Assembly (NCBI GenBank): GCA_029263055.1
Contig: JAJCYG010000058.1
Span: 3,587 to 67,586 of the forward strand
Reading direction: 5' to 3'
Origin: Actinomycetes bacterium
Lineage (GTDB): Bacteria; Auribacterota; JAJCYG01
Length of the DNA stretch: 64,000 nt
Below are positions 12,001 through 18,782 of this stretch, piece by piece (position 1 is the first letter of the stretch; every line of letters begins with the position of its first letter). Position numbers and translations under genes: made by a program. Below the pieces are notes generated by a model that saw only the letters and a program-made list of their open reading frames with translations, did not search any database and had not been told where the DNA came from.

Positions 12001-15000
12001 CTCTATCTGGGATTCCTGAAATACCGGTTGCTCCACGTGTTTCATTAATTTTATCTAAAAGCGTTCTAGCTTCAGTTCGAACACGCGTTTCAGCTTCTTC
12101 CATGGTTTCATCATCTTGTTTGTTCACATTAATGACAGGCAATGGGGTTGGTAAATTCTGACTTTGAACAAAAATTTGATAGGCTGCTCGAATTCCTGTT
12201 GGAATGGCACGGTTGATATACAAACCACTTCCAGTTGGATCAACAAAAAGAGTCACATTAAAAACAGTTGAAATAGTAGAGACCACTAATTCGCCATAAA
12301 GGTTTTCTAAATTCTTTTCAGCATCCATGAGTTCAACTAAAGTGCGAAAAGCTCCTACTCGGTTTTCAACCAATTCTCGGCGCAAAATATTACGACCAAA
12401 AATAATTTGATTACCAAGCTCAGCTTCAGTAAAAAGCCCACGATCCCCACTATAACTAGCATCACTCACTTTAGAGTTAGCGGTCGCAACCGTTGTATTA
12501 ATAATACGCATCACTCGTTGAGGATTGGAATTGACTTCATTTGATTTTAAACGGCGCCAACTGCTCCCTTCTCGTACAAAAAAACCAACCAATTGTTTTT
12601 CAGGAACTTCAACGGTATCTCCATTTTCATTCACTTGGCTCAACATATTGAGCTGACCACTTGAATTACGCACATTCATATAAATTTCAGGATAACCATA
12701 TTGGTCCACAACCGGTTCATACATAGGATCACGATCTGAAGCATCACGCATTGAATTTGGTAACCATGACTCAGGGTCGGGTTGAATCTGACGGGTCTCT
12801 GTTCGAAGATCACGCTCTTCATGCACATTGGCCAAGCCACTCATCCGGCCATTTGTCATGGTCACTTCAGCAAAGGCATAGTAATTATGATTTTTTTGAA
12901 AATTAGGAACCAGTGTGGCCATATCCCCTGTTCGAACTCGTTCTTGAAGTTGAGACAAGGACATGCTGCGGGGAATTCCACGGCTAAGGACTTCACGAAT
13001 ATTAAACTCTGACATCCGCTCGGCTCTGTATGCTTGAGCATTACGCAGATTAGCTTGAATCGCATAATCGCCTGACATCACAAGAATTTCTTCATTTAAA
13101 ACAGGATCGTTATACCAGACTTGAAAAGGAATATTGTTTTGACTCATATGCCTCAACTCAGCTGGGTTTGTGATCTGCTCTCCTGCTGCTTCTCGATTAG
13201 GCCGCTCCACCTCAGGATAACGACGATAAACAAATCGGTTTTGAGGAATGCTTGCCATTAAATCAGAGGTTTCTTGAAAACTGTTTGTAATTTGGCGACC
13301 ACCCGGAAGGTTGATGTGGGTCACAGGCTCATAGCGATGTCCCTCTCCCATGCGAACAAGTCGATGAGCCACACGTGATAAATCAGTACGCAATGTTTGA
13401 CGGCGTAACGCCACTTGATAATCTTCTACAGCCAAACGCGCACGATCTTGACGGGCCTTCACACCAAATTCAAAAATAAGACTTTGGTCACTTCCTCTCC
13501 AATCTGTTCTTGCAAAGAAAGCAGGACGGGCTTGTTCTCCCATCACAAAGGTTAATTTTTCTCCTGAGGCAGCTCGGTTTATGGCACCACCAAAACCAAG
13601 TAAATCAAAAATAACATTCCCCTCATTATCATAAACATTTACCTGGCCAGGATTCGTTTGATACCAATTTTGAAAGTCTTGAGGCGAGCTAAAAACCAAC
13701 GTCTCAAATTTATTTGTGACAGTATTAAAACGATAAACCGTACTTTGATACGTTTGCGGAAGAACAGCTGTGGTGATTGGTTGACCATTACGAATATGCG
13801 TCGCAATTTCAGCACGATTGGTAATCACATTACCACGCGCATCTCGAACTTCTAAAATTTCAGCATGATCAAAAAGCCAATCTTCTAGATTGGCCAACGT
13901 GGCAAAAGCCATTGTTTCATATGTGTTGGTTGAAGGATTATAAAAGGTAACCGCGTCTCCATGGGTCCGAGTAGGAACAACCACTGTTTCAGCACCAGCC
14001 ATCACACTTGATTGAGAACGATCCATTAACACACCAAAGTAAGTTGTATTAAGTTGATTAAAGGTCGCACGCATTCGCGTCGAAGCATCCATGGATTGGC
14101 CTAAAAGATCGATTTTTAAACGCTCGGCTGCTTGTAAATCTCCAAGTCCTTCCCGCGTTTCTGTAATCTGCCGAAGCTGATCTCTAACAATGTTATCAAT
14201 ATCAGCTTGAACCGTTGCCGCAATAGGAGGAGCCGTTGTTGGACCCACTTGAGGTTGAACCGGTTGCTGTGGTTGAGCAGGCTGTTGCCCTGGTGGAGTC
14301 TGCTTTGGTCCCACTTCAGGTTTGTCACCAGGTTTATCATCAGGCGCATCTTGCCCCATAGCCATTGGCGCAAAAATACCAACTAAAGCCAAACCTAATA
14401 AGGCTGTACTTAAAACACGAGAGTGAACACTAAAGTAACGAAACATGCCAAAAACGCCACCACTCACACGCCCTTTAGCCATTCCAAAAAAGAATTCTTT
14501 AATACTTCCTAAGAAACCCCACTGCCTCTTTTGAACTTCATGAGAAATTAATGATTTTAAATGACCGTCAAAAAGAGGGTTCTCTTCAACCAGCTTGTTT
14601 AATCGAACCTTTAAGATTTGTTGTTTCGCAGATAACCCGCGAGCAATCGCTCGATCATATTCTTTAAAAATAGTGATGACTTCAGCTTCTAACTTATTAG
14701 CACGCGCTTGTTTTTCTTTTAAATACTCTCCCGCCAAACGAATTACTTTTTCATTCAACGTTTCAAGATCAAAGTTTTCTGCTCGAATAAAAAGAGTTCC
14801 GCCCCATTCGCCCACTCCATTCTCACCAAAACTTAACGTTTCTGCACGTGGGTCTGAGCTTGAAATAATTTGTAATTTGAGCTCTGGATCTTCTGGCAGA
14901 TAAGGCGATTCCATTGCCCAAAAAGGATAGGTTGTCACCATGTCTTGAAGAGATTGCTCACGTACTTCTTTGGCTCGTCTATTAATCTTACGTGTTGCTT

Positions 15001-18000
15001 TTCTCACACGACTTGAAAAACCAGTCACACCTTCTAAGATCGCCATCGGAAACAACACTTGATCTGCAGGTAAAATCGTCTTTTCATCAATTTCAATCGA
15101 CTGCATCAAGTAAGCAAATAACGTTCTTTGTATTTCAACTTCTGAAGCATTTTTTCGAACCAAATCTCTAAGCAGATCCACAAACTCCAAACGCAATGTT
15201 TGAAAATGTTTTTCAATTTTAGCCGCATTAGAATTTTCGGGCGAAACCACAGGGCGCATATAAGCACGCCAAAACTTTTCAATCCCTTCAAAATCACCCA
15301 CACCCTGAGAGAGTTGAATAACCATAATCGCTTCAACACGTTTGTCGGTAAGCTCTTTTCCGGCAATATTATTCTTAATGCGAATTTGATTTAATTGATA
15401 GACAGCCACAACGCGTTGTAAAAAGAGCTTTGCTTCTTGGGCATTTTCTTGATCTGTTTCGTATTGTAGATTGCGCACATAATAGTCGAGAAGGTCTGAA
15501 GCATTTTCTTCACCAAATGGGAGCGTCACATCAAACCAAGGATAAGCTGTTTGCACTTCTTCTACTAAACCTGGATCAACTAAAGAAAGAAGTGTTCGAA
15601 TCGTATCTAAATCATCCAGCTTCTCTGATTCAACAGCTTCATTGTATGTCTTTAAAAAATTGTCTGATTCAAAGATCTCAATATTTTTTCTGGCCTCTTG
15701 GAACATTCCATAAAGAACACCCGCAATATATTGAGCCCGGCTCACAGCTTTACCACGATCACTCTGTGACAAGGTCAAAGCACGCTCTTGGCGCCAACGA
15801 ATAAAACGAATAAATAATCCTGAAAGTCCTACAGCTAAAAGAGCTGAATAATAGATCAAACCAAAATCAGGGGTACCGGTAGCACCCAATGTAAAAGGGA
15901 GCAGGACAAACGCTAATAACGTAGAGGCAAGCTGAACCACAGCAGGCGTCTTCAACGGAGGAAGCTTAGGCAAAGAAGTGCTTCTTGCTCGGCGCAAATC
16001 ACGTTGCGTTTCTGCCACTTCAGTCACTAAGCGCTGAAAAGTGTCATCCCCCTCTTCTCTACCCGACTGAGAAAGACTAATCACATCCCAGTCAATACCA
16101 CGTAAAAAATCGTGAGCAGGCTCTAAATCATTCAGTCCAAATCCATTGACAGAAGCATTCCTTGCTTTTGGCAAATCTGTTTCAATTTTTGATAATGCAT
16201 TATTCCAATCAACCTCTTCTATTGGAGTTAATTTGGGTGCTTCAGGTTGTTTAAATACTTTGGCTATTTTAGCCTGCTTTGCATCTTCTATTCTTTTAAC
16301 AAAGTCAGCTTGATCTGCCAGACGTTGCTCTTCGCGTTCTTTAGCCTGTTCAGCTCGAACATCTTCAGCAATGGCTTCTTTCTTTGCCGTTAATGCTGCA
16401 GCATTTTCTCGACGGGTACGTGCCAATCGGGCCCGGTTTTTTGCTTCCCACTTTAGCTGAGCTAAATTACGCGCCACACTTGCTTCTTCTTTAAGGTCAC
16501 GCTCATTACCGTAAACAAATTGCAAGCCATCAATGGAACGGCTGGCAACCGCACTCTTAAAGGCTTGTTTTCCTTTTGCCACTAAAAGAGCCACTCGTTT
16601 CTCATCTGCAGTTGTAGATTTTGAATGTAGTAGAAAGCCTGCAGGATAGTGAGTGGCTGAGATTTTTCTAAAATAAGCGTCCCAATAACGACGCACTTTG
16701 TAAGGAAGGTTCACACCGGCCTCGTTAATGACGGCGTCTATTTCTAATTGAAGAGCCAGTTCAATGGCTGAAGCATCTTTGCCTTTTTCTTGAAGCAAAT
16801 AAGCTTGATAACCTAAATATTCTAAGATCAATCGCACGGTGTCTGCTTCACGTATCTGTGCACGCACTTCAGGGTTATTTCCTAAGATCACATCTGAAAA
16901 AAGATATGAAGGGGTGGCTAAACGGTTTCCGGTTCCAACTAAGTAGCGTTCTAAAGGAGATAAGCTTGGGGTCATTAACGAAGCATACAAATCTTCGTCC
17001 ATGGCTTCGGTTAAGCGAGGGGCAATCACAAGGTGTGAGGTTTCAATTGCTTCAAGTTGTTGTCTTAAACCATCAGTATGAAAACCACCTGTAATTAAAA
17101 CCGCAATTTTTTTGTTCTGATCTTTTAAAGCTTGTAAGGTATTTTCAATTAAAGCCACATCTCGTTTTTGAGCCACTTCATAAAACCGGTTAGCAGCCTT
17201 AAGAGAACGTGCAATTGATTTATCTTTAATAAACTTGAGAATAGCTGTTTTTTGCTGATTAAACTCTTCGAGTTGGGAGCGGGTCACTTCTAATTGGCTC
17301 ATGGCGTGAACCAGTGCCAACCATTCTGACTCTTGTTGTACTTGCTTTTGCTCATCGGTTATTAAAGTAGCGGCCTTTACTTCTTCAGATAAGGCTTTTA
17401 ATTCAATCATGGCCACTTCAGTACGCAGTTCTTTTTGTAATTCTAAAAATTGAACTAATGTTTCAAGGTGCTGAAAACGGCCATTGATTTTATAAAGATG
17501 AGAGAGACTTAAAAGACGTGAATGATATTCTAATGATTCAATCTTACCCAAACGAAACTCTAACGACATTTTAATAAGCTGCCCAAGGTCTTCTTTAACC
17601 AAACGTTTCTGTAGCTTTTCTAATAAAACATCTCGTTCTCGGGCCACTCCTTTAGGACTAATGGTTTTTTGCATTTCTAAGGCTCTGGCTAAAACATTCA
17701 GTTCAGGATACGCTTGCGCATCTAAAGAGACTTCTAACTCAAGCCACTCTAAGTATTGAACCAAGGAAAGCTCTTGCTCGTAAAGGCGATGTGTTTGGCG
17801 ATCAAAAGCTAAAAACGCTTCAGGCAGCACCATCTCTTTAAGCATTTTATTATCTGCAATCTTTTTGTCTAATACAGGAGCGGACCGTTTACGGGCTTGA
17901 GCCATTTTAAGATGAGCTTGAATATTTTGGTTATACAGGCCCGCTGTTTCCACACCATAAAGCACAGTTGCAGTTGTTCGGTTCATGGCAAAAAACTCAG

Positions 18001-18481
18001 CGGCGTTTACTTTCCCCTCTTTTAAATAAGATAGGGAGACTACTTCTTTAGCTTTCGCATCTGAAAATTGACGAAAGTAACTTGGGTCAACCTTGCCTTG
18101 TGCCCCTTCTAAACAAAGCAACACATCATTGGCATGACCATTAAAGCCCATATCAAAAAGACGATTTAAAATTTTATCAATGTTTTGTTGTGCCGCAAAG
18201 TTGGCATGGGAATCTTGGATATGAATGACATAAGGTTTTGATTGATTTTGATCAGTGCTCGTCGATAAATAAGCTTGCTTGAGTTGACCTAGTTCAGGTG
18301 GAAGGTCAAATCCTTTGAGAGGTTCAAAAAGAGAAATTTCGTTTGTTATAGGGGTTTTGATTGAAGGGCTGAATTGAGTGATTCCTTGTGCTTGGACTGC
18401 TTCTGCATAAAGAAAAGAGAGAGAAATAGCAACGGCTACAACTCGCACCCCAAACCTTTGTCTTCGAACTTCATGAAACAT
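1..18481 (-). CDS. Giant multidomain membrane protein, >6160 aa, 3' end outside window: signal peptide, ChaN/TIKI-like module, (alpha/alpha)6 glycosidase-like domain, YD-like repeats, CBM-like domain, FKS/GT48-like glucan synthase
   Basis: ATG at 18481 with GGAGG RBS, reading MFHEVRRQRFGVRVVAVAISLSFLYAEAVQAQ. The same frame was open in every segment I translated down to position 2 (..LSSMFYLYVIMSFVVSPFTF). It is absent from the ORF track, consistent with no in-frame stop in the window. Motifs: IQDSHANFAAQ (~18210), ITGGFHTDG (~17085), STYDQA (~10750), DVSGYETLSFFVRG (~5430), IEDWANDRLQML (~1850), FFDGD (~1165), FYGHNG (~945), ISEDL (~880). Confidence 0.92.
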   Translation of the reverse strand, partial: MFHEVRRQRFGVRVVAVAISLSFLYAEAVQAQGITQFSPSIKTPITNEISLFEPLKGFDLPPELGQLKQAYLSTSTDQNQSKPYVIHIQDSHANFAAQQNIDKILNRLFDMGFNGHANDVLLCLEGAQGKVDPSYFRQFSDAKAKEVVSLSYLKEGKVNAAEFFAMNRTTATVLYGVETAGLYNQNIQAHLKMAQARKRSAPVLDKKIADNKMLKEMVLPEAFLAFDRQTHRLYEQELSLVQYLEWLELEVSLDAQAYPELNVLARALEMQKTISPKGVARERDVLLEKLQKRLVKEDLGQLIKMSLEFRLGKIESLEYHSRLLSLSHLYKINGRFQHLETLVQFLELQKELRTEVAMIELKALSEEVKAATLITDEQKQVQQESEWLALVHAMSQLEVTRSQLEEFNQQKTAILKFIKDKSIARSLKAANRFYEVAQKRDVALIENTLQALKDQNKKIAVLITGGFHTDGLRQQLEAIETSHLVIAPRLTEAMDEDLYASLMTPSLSPLERYLVGTGNRLATPSYLFSDVILGNNPEVRAQIREADTVRLILEYLGYQAYLLQEKGKDASAIELALQLEIDAVINEAGVNLPYKVRRYWDAYFRKISATHYPAGFLLHSKSTTADEKRVALLVAKGKQAFKSAVASRSIDGLQFVYGNERDLKEEASVARNLAQLKWEAKNRARLARTRRENAAALTAKKEAIAEDVRAEQAKEREEQRLADQADFVKRIEDAKQAKIAKVFKQPEAPKLTPIEEVDWNNALSKIETDLPKARNASVNGFGLNDLEPAHDFLRGIDWDVISLSQSGREEGDDTFQRLVTEVAETQRDLRRARSTSLPKLPPLKTPAVVQLASTLLAFVLLPFTLGATGTPDFGLIYYSALLAVGLSGLFIRFIRWRQERALTLSQSDRGKAVSRAQYIAGVLYGMFQEARKNIEIFESDNFLKTYNEAVESEKLDDLDTIRTLLSLVDPGLVEEVQTAYPWFDVTLPFGEENASDLLDYYVRNLQYETDQENAQEAKLFLQRVVAVYQLNQIRIKNNIAGKELTDKRVEAIMVIQLSQGVGDFEGIEKFWRAYMRPVVSPENSNAAKIEKHFQTLRLEFVDLLRDLVRKNASEVEIQRTLFAYLMQSIEIDEKTILPADQVLFPMAILEGVTGFSSRVRKATRKINRRAKEVREQSLQDMVTTYPFWAMESPYLPEDPELKLQIISSSDPRAETLSFGENGVGEWGGTLFIRAENFDLETLNEKVIRLAGEYLKEKQARANKLEAEVITIFKEYDRAIARGLSAKQQILKVRLNKLVEENPLFDGHLKSLISHEVQKRQWGFLGSIKEFFFGMAKGRVSGGVFGMFRYFSVHSRVLSTALLGLALVGIFAPMAMGQDAPDDKPGDKPEVGPKQTPPGQQPAQPQQPVQPQVGPTTAPPIAATVQADIDNIVRDQLRQITETREGLGDLQAAERLKIDLLGQSMDASTRMRATFNQLNTTYFGVLMDRSQSSVMAGAETVVVPTRTHGDAVTFYNPSTNTYETMAFATLANLEDWLFDHAEILEVRDARGNVITNRAEIATHIRNGQPITTAVLPQTYQSTVYRFNTVTNKFETLVFSSPQDFQNWYQTNPGQVNVYDNEGNVIFDLLGFGGAINRAASGEKLTFVMGEQARPAFFARTDWRGSDQSLIFEFGVKARQDRARLAVEDYQVALRRQTLRTDLSRVAHRLVRMGEGHRYEPVTHINLPGGRQITNSFQETSDLMASIPQNRFVYRRYPEVERPNREAAGEQITNPAELRHMSQNNIPFQVWYNDPVLNEEILVMSGDYAIQANLRNAQAYRAERMSEFNIREVLSRGIPRSMSLSQLQERVRTGDMATLVPNFQKNHNYYAFAEVTMTNGRMSGLANVHEERDLRTETRQIQPDPESWLPNSMRDASDRDPMYEPVVDQYGYPEIYMNVRNSSGQLNMLSQVNENGDTVEVPEKQLVGFFVREGSSWRRLKSNEVNSNPQRVMRIINTTVATANSKVSDASYSGDRGLFTEAELGNQIIFGRNILRRELVENRVGAFRTLVELMDAEKNLENLYGELVVSTISTVFNVTLFVDPTGSGLYINRAIPTGIRAAYQIFVQSQNLPTPLPVINVNKQDDETMEEAETRVRTEARTLLDKINETRGATGISGIPDRVLSTINLSMTPTDAQEIHQFIYAMAAAVYEKEFTGYDSNNNPRTTVTQDELDQVVVTLFHTDWHRHREVTARIDFFSSLMVNLVLLSNTSNDSNFKLARLRPDGSGGQAGEFARDTSSFSDLISKFFVGDIGGDSVMPTPTTAGFLYLTSFARVFREVSTTKGVFESMPLPIGIGPSLASIIKSASRLVPGLDRPVYREAPDVWQAGAWVVNLFGFPLQIFGSIRDNTTYVEGLRNYGVLARTDSSQGLFEQLGRTFVGGNVVSIRTKQQANVLDRQKVLLGYAHIPIPESDRDARQQTESHSMVPVYGIMGDNGIEFIWVPGLKALQENLHDIQEKIDNYDAYHRLMGRNGGAILQVTPGRYYRFDPTNGVGVNPLQMGTFLRATRNGANDLVPSFMFAPNQAGPQTANWQAWGSTYDQAIRSMFFQSLNDGHMGNRVMESIYRLRGGLKRNEVSTDETSNPLYANAINVGTNDIAERQFHVGPNAFIGLAYMQSMFQRHPNILRSYQENYQSGDNLANLRSNIYSGDIDDYMDQLGPDWINDLEDVRDERNRLLWDAENGNLDDLMTNTNAAHALSEMRNIADGLIQRMETEDENWQGVIWQDKANGVSSTEEMMGAFRLFSNMHTVTEESKYRDAALSVLRFLSNKMWDADEHYFYAGTNKRNGIIVANEGYATDVQAIALTAIGPEILEHMRDSKNENKLFFGGGPYLGAKILRRLMDPATGAFVSVLHNGQSVTGFDSTNREGRVAIGNGTERTRAVFVESSSYVLLAMRAYEGYLMNVVANDTRLSASDRAAARDSWSSSWRRSADTLEASIQRLAVRSSSGGMAMPIATTTGIRYYSFSDKRVLDAPASVASTAMFGMAQRHYNPYQIDGQFWYTSRLTSGNPSTLYNGYPAAVREVPSWSQTNQVSLGSRAAVEVEMGKGKIFVNETSDRPSEDVQAILTALTRVTGWNGMTPAQQALPQNQHLRPTTAEVALAQGKTFLFYDQRINAFSYEQGGQVYTWTLISSYDEIDQSVASYRLQGQRAAVEAQVAERGAIRFVSSTGQPLDIRGNALNSTSTSMQHVILGRPLIDDPANPGTKIPDMSGANAMLDFLVAQFERVDANGNPVFSAHEQHRILARGWFETDVPFVQQDGTVHNVRTRIIIEHGLSGALEQVALERADAGTLSNILRLQQMHHLSGVIMTDQNGKLVPNGLVVGELFGLNLGEMKVTEVMNWLRTDPLKMAEAIRNQYANIEYVQSNGTTVYVTLVFGDGMAQQYRTRLEQRLEELNQFNRDLEFVEANLRRGPPYWHSERMNRYWLDANPANRRDAATGDVIVNKANIFNPTLVTQEYLRDNRVVRQVDTNKKIDIYYHPSHGLTHPLYVRSNDTATPQGRTLIVPTGVDRNGALVYSSVDNVTQTFYVTNNGNTKWTFDWMTGRVTQETLNAEGDVLVRLTGTFNRSGFDTTQNFDYSQAAVQTALQVEIQEREELQYIDLTLNSRTVRVSTGGVVYINVDSTTGARTATSQVKMRTEVVTDRDQLFRWGVDMNTWDLNSRQGWSAIEVTSITGAKSLQLLDALGHVVREYSRETETIYVYDSALQLSRPTIVIDRTGRRGTTRNGHDHVLIVYSGTTVATNGNITSTGLDNAGLTVVEVRNSLGYLKSRQVGDLTTTYVIRNGFEIPEETRSAQLNRVVSTYRFNYDAANHRLSVTEINELNRTAKTDIRDTRLDRVVEVNTGSINASDVIRYQSRTAVTYNTQGRETGRTTFIDVDPANASGGIRFETSTATFLPNGEMVLQIRNVLTQKQSTRKLNSLGRLIEESDTYTTLVYEYNSQLGISLPVYKQDRLRARGTRVNGVDNVIATYSHRVLSDGSIEITERSTVGRATKIEVRTRGMLLQRVYRNEVVVHYDGSPAERPLYETGAQGHSILLTQQNGLNRLFPMQMDGTRIRVNAQGQIQYQGNTSGATTVNNVVSVFAQSYLPNGRIQVIQSEVQSRDLRGLPLKISVYDAYGRLIQVQSKTYSSLPNQQNQYTLIETRTTVNQYGNTENPFQITNAVTTTDDPAYLKAHPDGIISTAVTTAGQTESTTQVRQEVTDAQSNTRRVLFYDLQQNFDSPVLEMQNGSTVHNELGDRVFRLRNQGVYQFVGGRPATKLLQPMVRSLELSDDYAWFRMNLGQTYSYVRPLKPAQDITHYDVSGYETLSFFVRGNTGNERFAITFTDKSGHVNRATHITDPYTISELPEAGRDSEGRAWHRVTVSLSDLAANHNVDTSHLIQIGIRYGNGVGNATGDEVRFSNVMLQGATSSLPVIAISGEFSGAGDYELVQSHLTDGYEVGNFFTEETLPPEVAGREGRFSYLKDSRGAIVGTTDFLFEDAYGTKHFRVWRFQGGEHINYDEAIRSDGQRYRVYVFADVSSDKFQTTWKGRTYFNSLNIPRFLVYENDNPELGHKGGQVRRLYQGVRQEDGGLILWEKDMEDGTERVFRFNADGTSSEYSLDSYPLPIPWDEYQASVQNDLDELADNWEKYDRPWDQSISPKQETSILDWIGYLIAGVIAALGALFSLLAKTSKPKEEPAQRVIPDERIRPEDVTKATLIPEMERWVREIGLGDNEVEGMTLFFKNDAWVRWNRNGYEENGEKKVLIDILGGQKPVLLQRYVVRFAIMRFLGHFGSTQMAEYLTDEAMLFTAAIDEEKRVLLGERAALTNEEILAFADKSAVFAKKLLAYRNVFYMMMQTQSIIPKVMAGDKAASLLRRNVFMPEDVSILFRYFRDRNKKQLELEEQGLDPDKIKELVSDIGIDPKDLNLDPNSIEQYSLRLDRNLAEEIAVLIEPIQIAHPDVRGIVELIFEIRRPNLDSKRIKKMIGEIKSLNPDMNEDAVKGIQKEIEGAIAKGSKLPRYAIVNELVHSIQAALGKADVAFNPNLKPRTVKASARFPQLIKGLKFIGERVPLANWIVYTRTILLDFNKTLLPLSKTGNFFIVALGSVAAVIALGVFAFPVISSLLLGMVAGLGLNLLVRLALSARVKGETSAAGLLFWISSIAIWVLWNFGVAMPVWLAGVVPYLELIYQDSMVSVISGAILFGVSALLAYFFLILSYFASTWTLGGLVSAFGIMDLSERQARIKTTERPSILKIGVTFLALSLVVVGLAYVSTIWGLSQSLTTSGILGLVWQYGQYTLYAYGAILFGGFALNRFTKAGALNEMWSMLKEEFSDDPDKLKRVEWEYNSLIKDMYTSYKLTSEEKDKLLNSDDAIKAQALVDIVNKEARDRIKFWANAHLRKNKLPDRPKWENLPSLTLLIPSIDNFRHSWTALNMIDGSSGESRLFKLVTGGYRGEFSNLLDQAEENGWATPAQMSLLNGYMERPYGVSLPPFEGESEEEKAQALILTRKIEDWANDRLQMLETTYTGFLRVKQAYMEAAMFDFLPGETSLDQLTREQKKMVEAKAKEKFQILWSVGGASLNSFFKKPLDQDPNLPNPHGGRQWDFAADLWTNMQEALNLIGKSELIDEVKQQWVENGILTEDGFAGSAFNKEIQAEAIEIRLRDVWDSLIKKLEKQIDEEALNRFEQHITRAQLGHVLVHDINFAWVYGSMDLGEGAGKRGGSVKAKALAVAMPYVRGDTVMFFDGDTEIRLEDGRKLLQVLDRFNKDPKLGVLQFRQYIFNEPYNRQTRVATEAVNSFWGGLLRLKSKVGAVGFYGHNGIFRTKLLMDYDGIQPSHISEDLLGYATIIANGGHGGYEDRLQFGEGEETLLSMYATPPAKWAQGAARGELQASRAFELLMASPHVSFAYKFDLLFNLAFYGIVHYFSIPAIITFIVGALVIGANPFTVLPSYMIIAGWGMSQAIGIFSLAQFWERNGYFDGTLKWLKFLFLEGGFFYWTTLIANQSEGLRKGLKEAGAWVTAAKDQGTESYTWETLTGIFGLGLLVSLPLFALLPLAPLSPYLLIAPALVLLSVFLWHVTGRKVPFEVIAVLIWAVPTVLSLMFFNTGGGVVLSSMFYLYVIMSFVVSPFTF

Positions 18482-18533
18482 CTGTACACCCTCCAAAGTC
18501 TCTCGGATTTCTCAAGTTGCACCTGCTCTGATG

Positions 18534-18562
18534 AAAAAACCGAACTGCTGTAGGCAGCTCGG
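18534..18562 (-). terminator. Intrinsic terminator (riboswitch expression platform)
   Basis: Minus strand CCGAGCUGC-CUACA-GCAGUUCGG-UUUUUU. The 5' arm is the 3' strand of the aptamer. Confidence 0.85.
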
Positions 18563-18636
18563 CTATCCTAAAAACCTTAACAAGGATCCGTTGCTTTGCG
18601 TCCCAGAGTTACCTCTGGTTTGCCACTTTCTACTTA
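18549..18636 (-). ncRNA. c-di-GMP-I (GEMM-I) riboswitch aptamer
   Basis: GUAG..GGCAAACCAGAG-GUAA-CUCUGGGACGCAAAGCAACGGAUCCU..AGGAUAGCCGAGCUGCCUAC matches the GEMM consensus (GGCAAA, GNRA loop, GGGACGCAAAGC, GCCGRGYUGCC). It lies in the 5' leader of the 18481 ORF. Confidence 0.93.
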
Positions 18637-18643
18637 CACTATT

Positions 18644-18672
18644 ATGATAACAGGAAAAGCTGGCTTTGTCAA
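18644..18672 (-). promoter_or_regulatory. sigma70-type promoter
   Basis: TTGACA-17 bp-TATCAT with TG extended -10, immediately upstream of the riboswitch. Confidence 0.75.
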
Positions 18673-18782
18673 GGTGAGCAGGGCATTTTAGTGCTTAAAA
18701 AGAGTCGGTTTGCTCTTTCTAACTCATTCAAAATGCTGAGGTTAGATGGATATACCTATATTTAGGAACGGTCTTATTCTAA

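Noticed and set aside
18549-18636. cGAMP-sensing GEMM-Ib variant
   Set aside because: Both aptamers have G, not A, at the position-20 equivalent.
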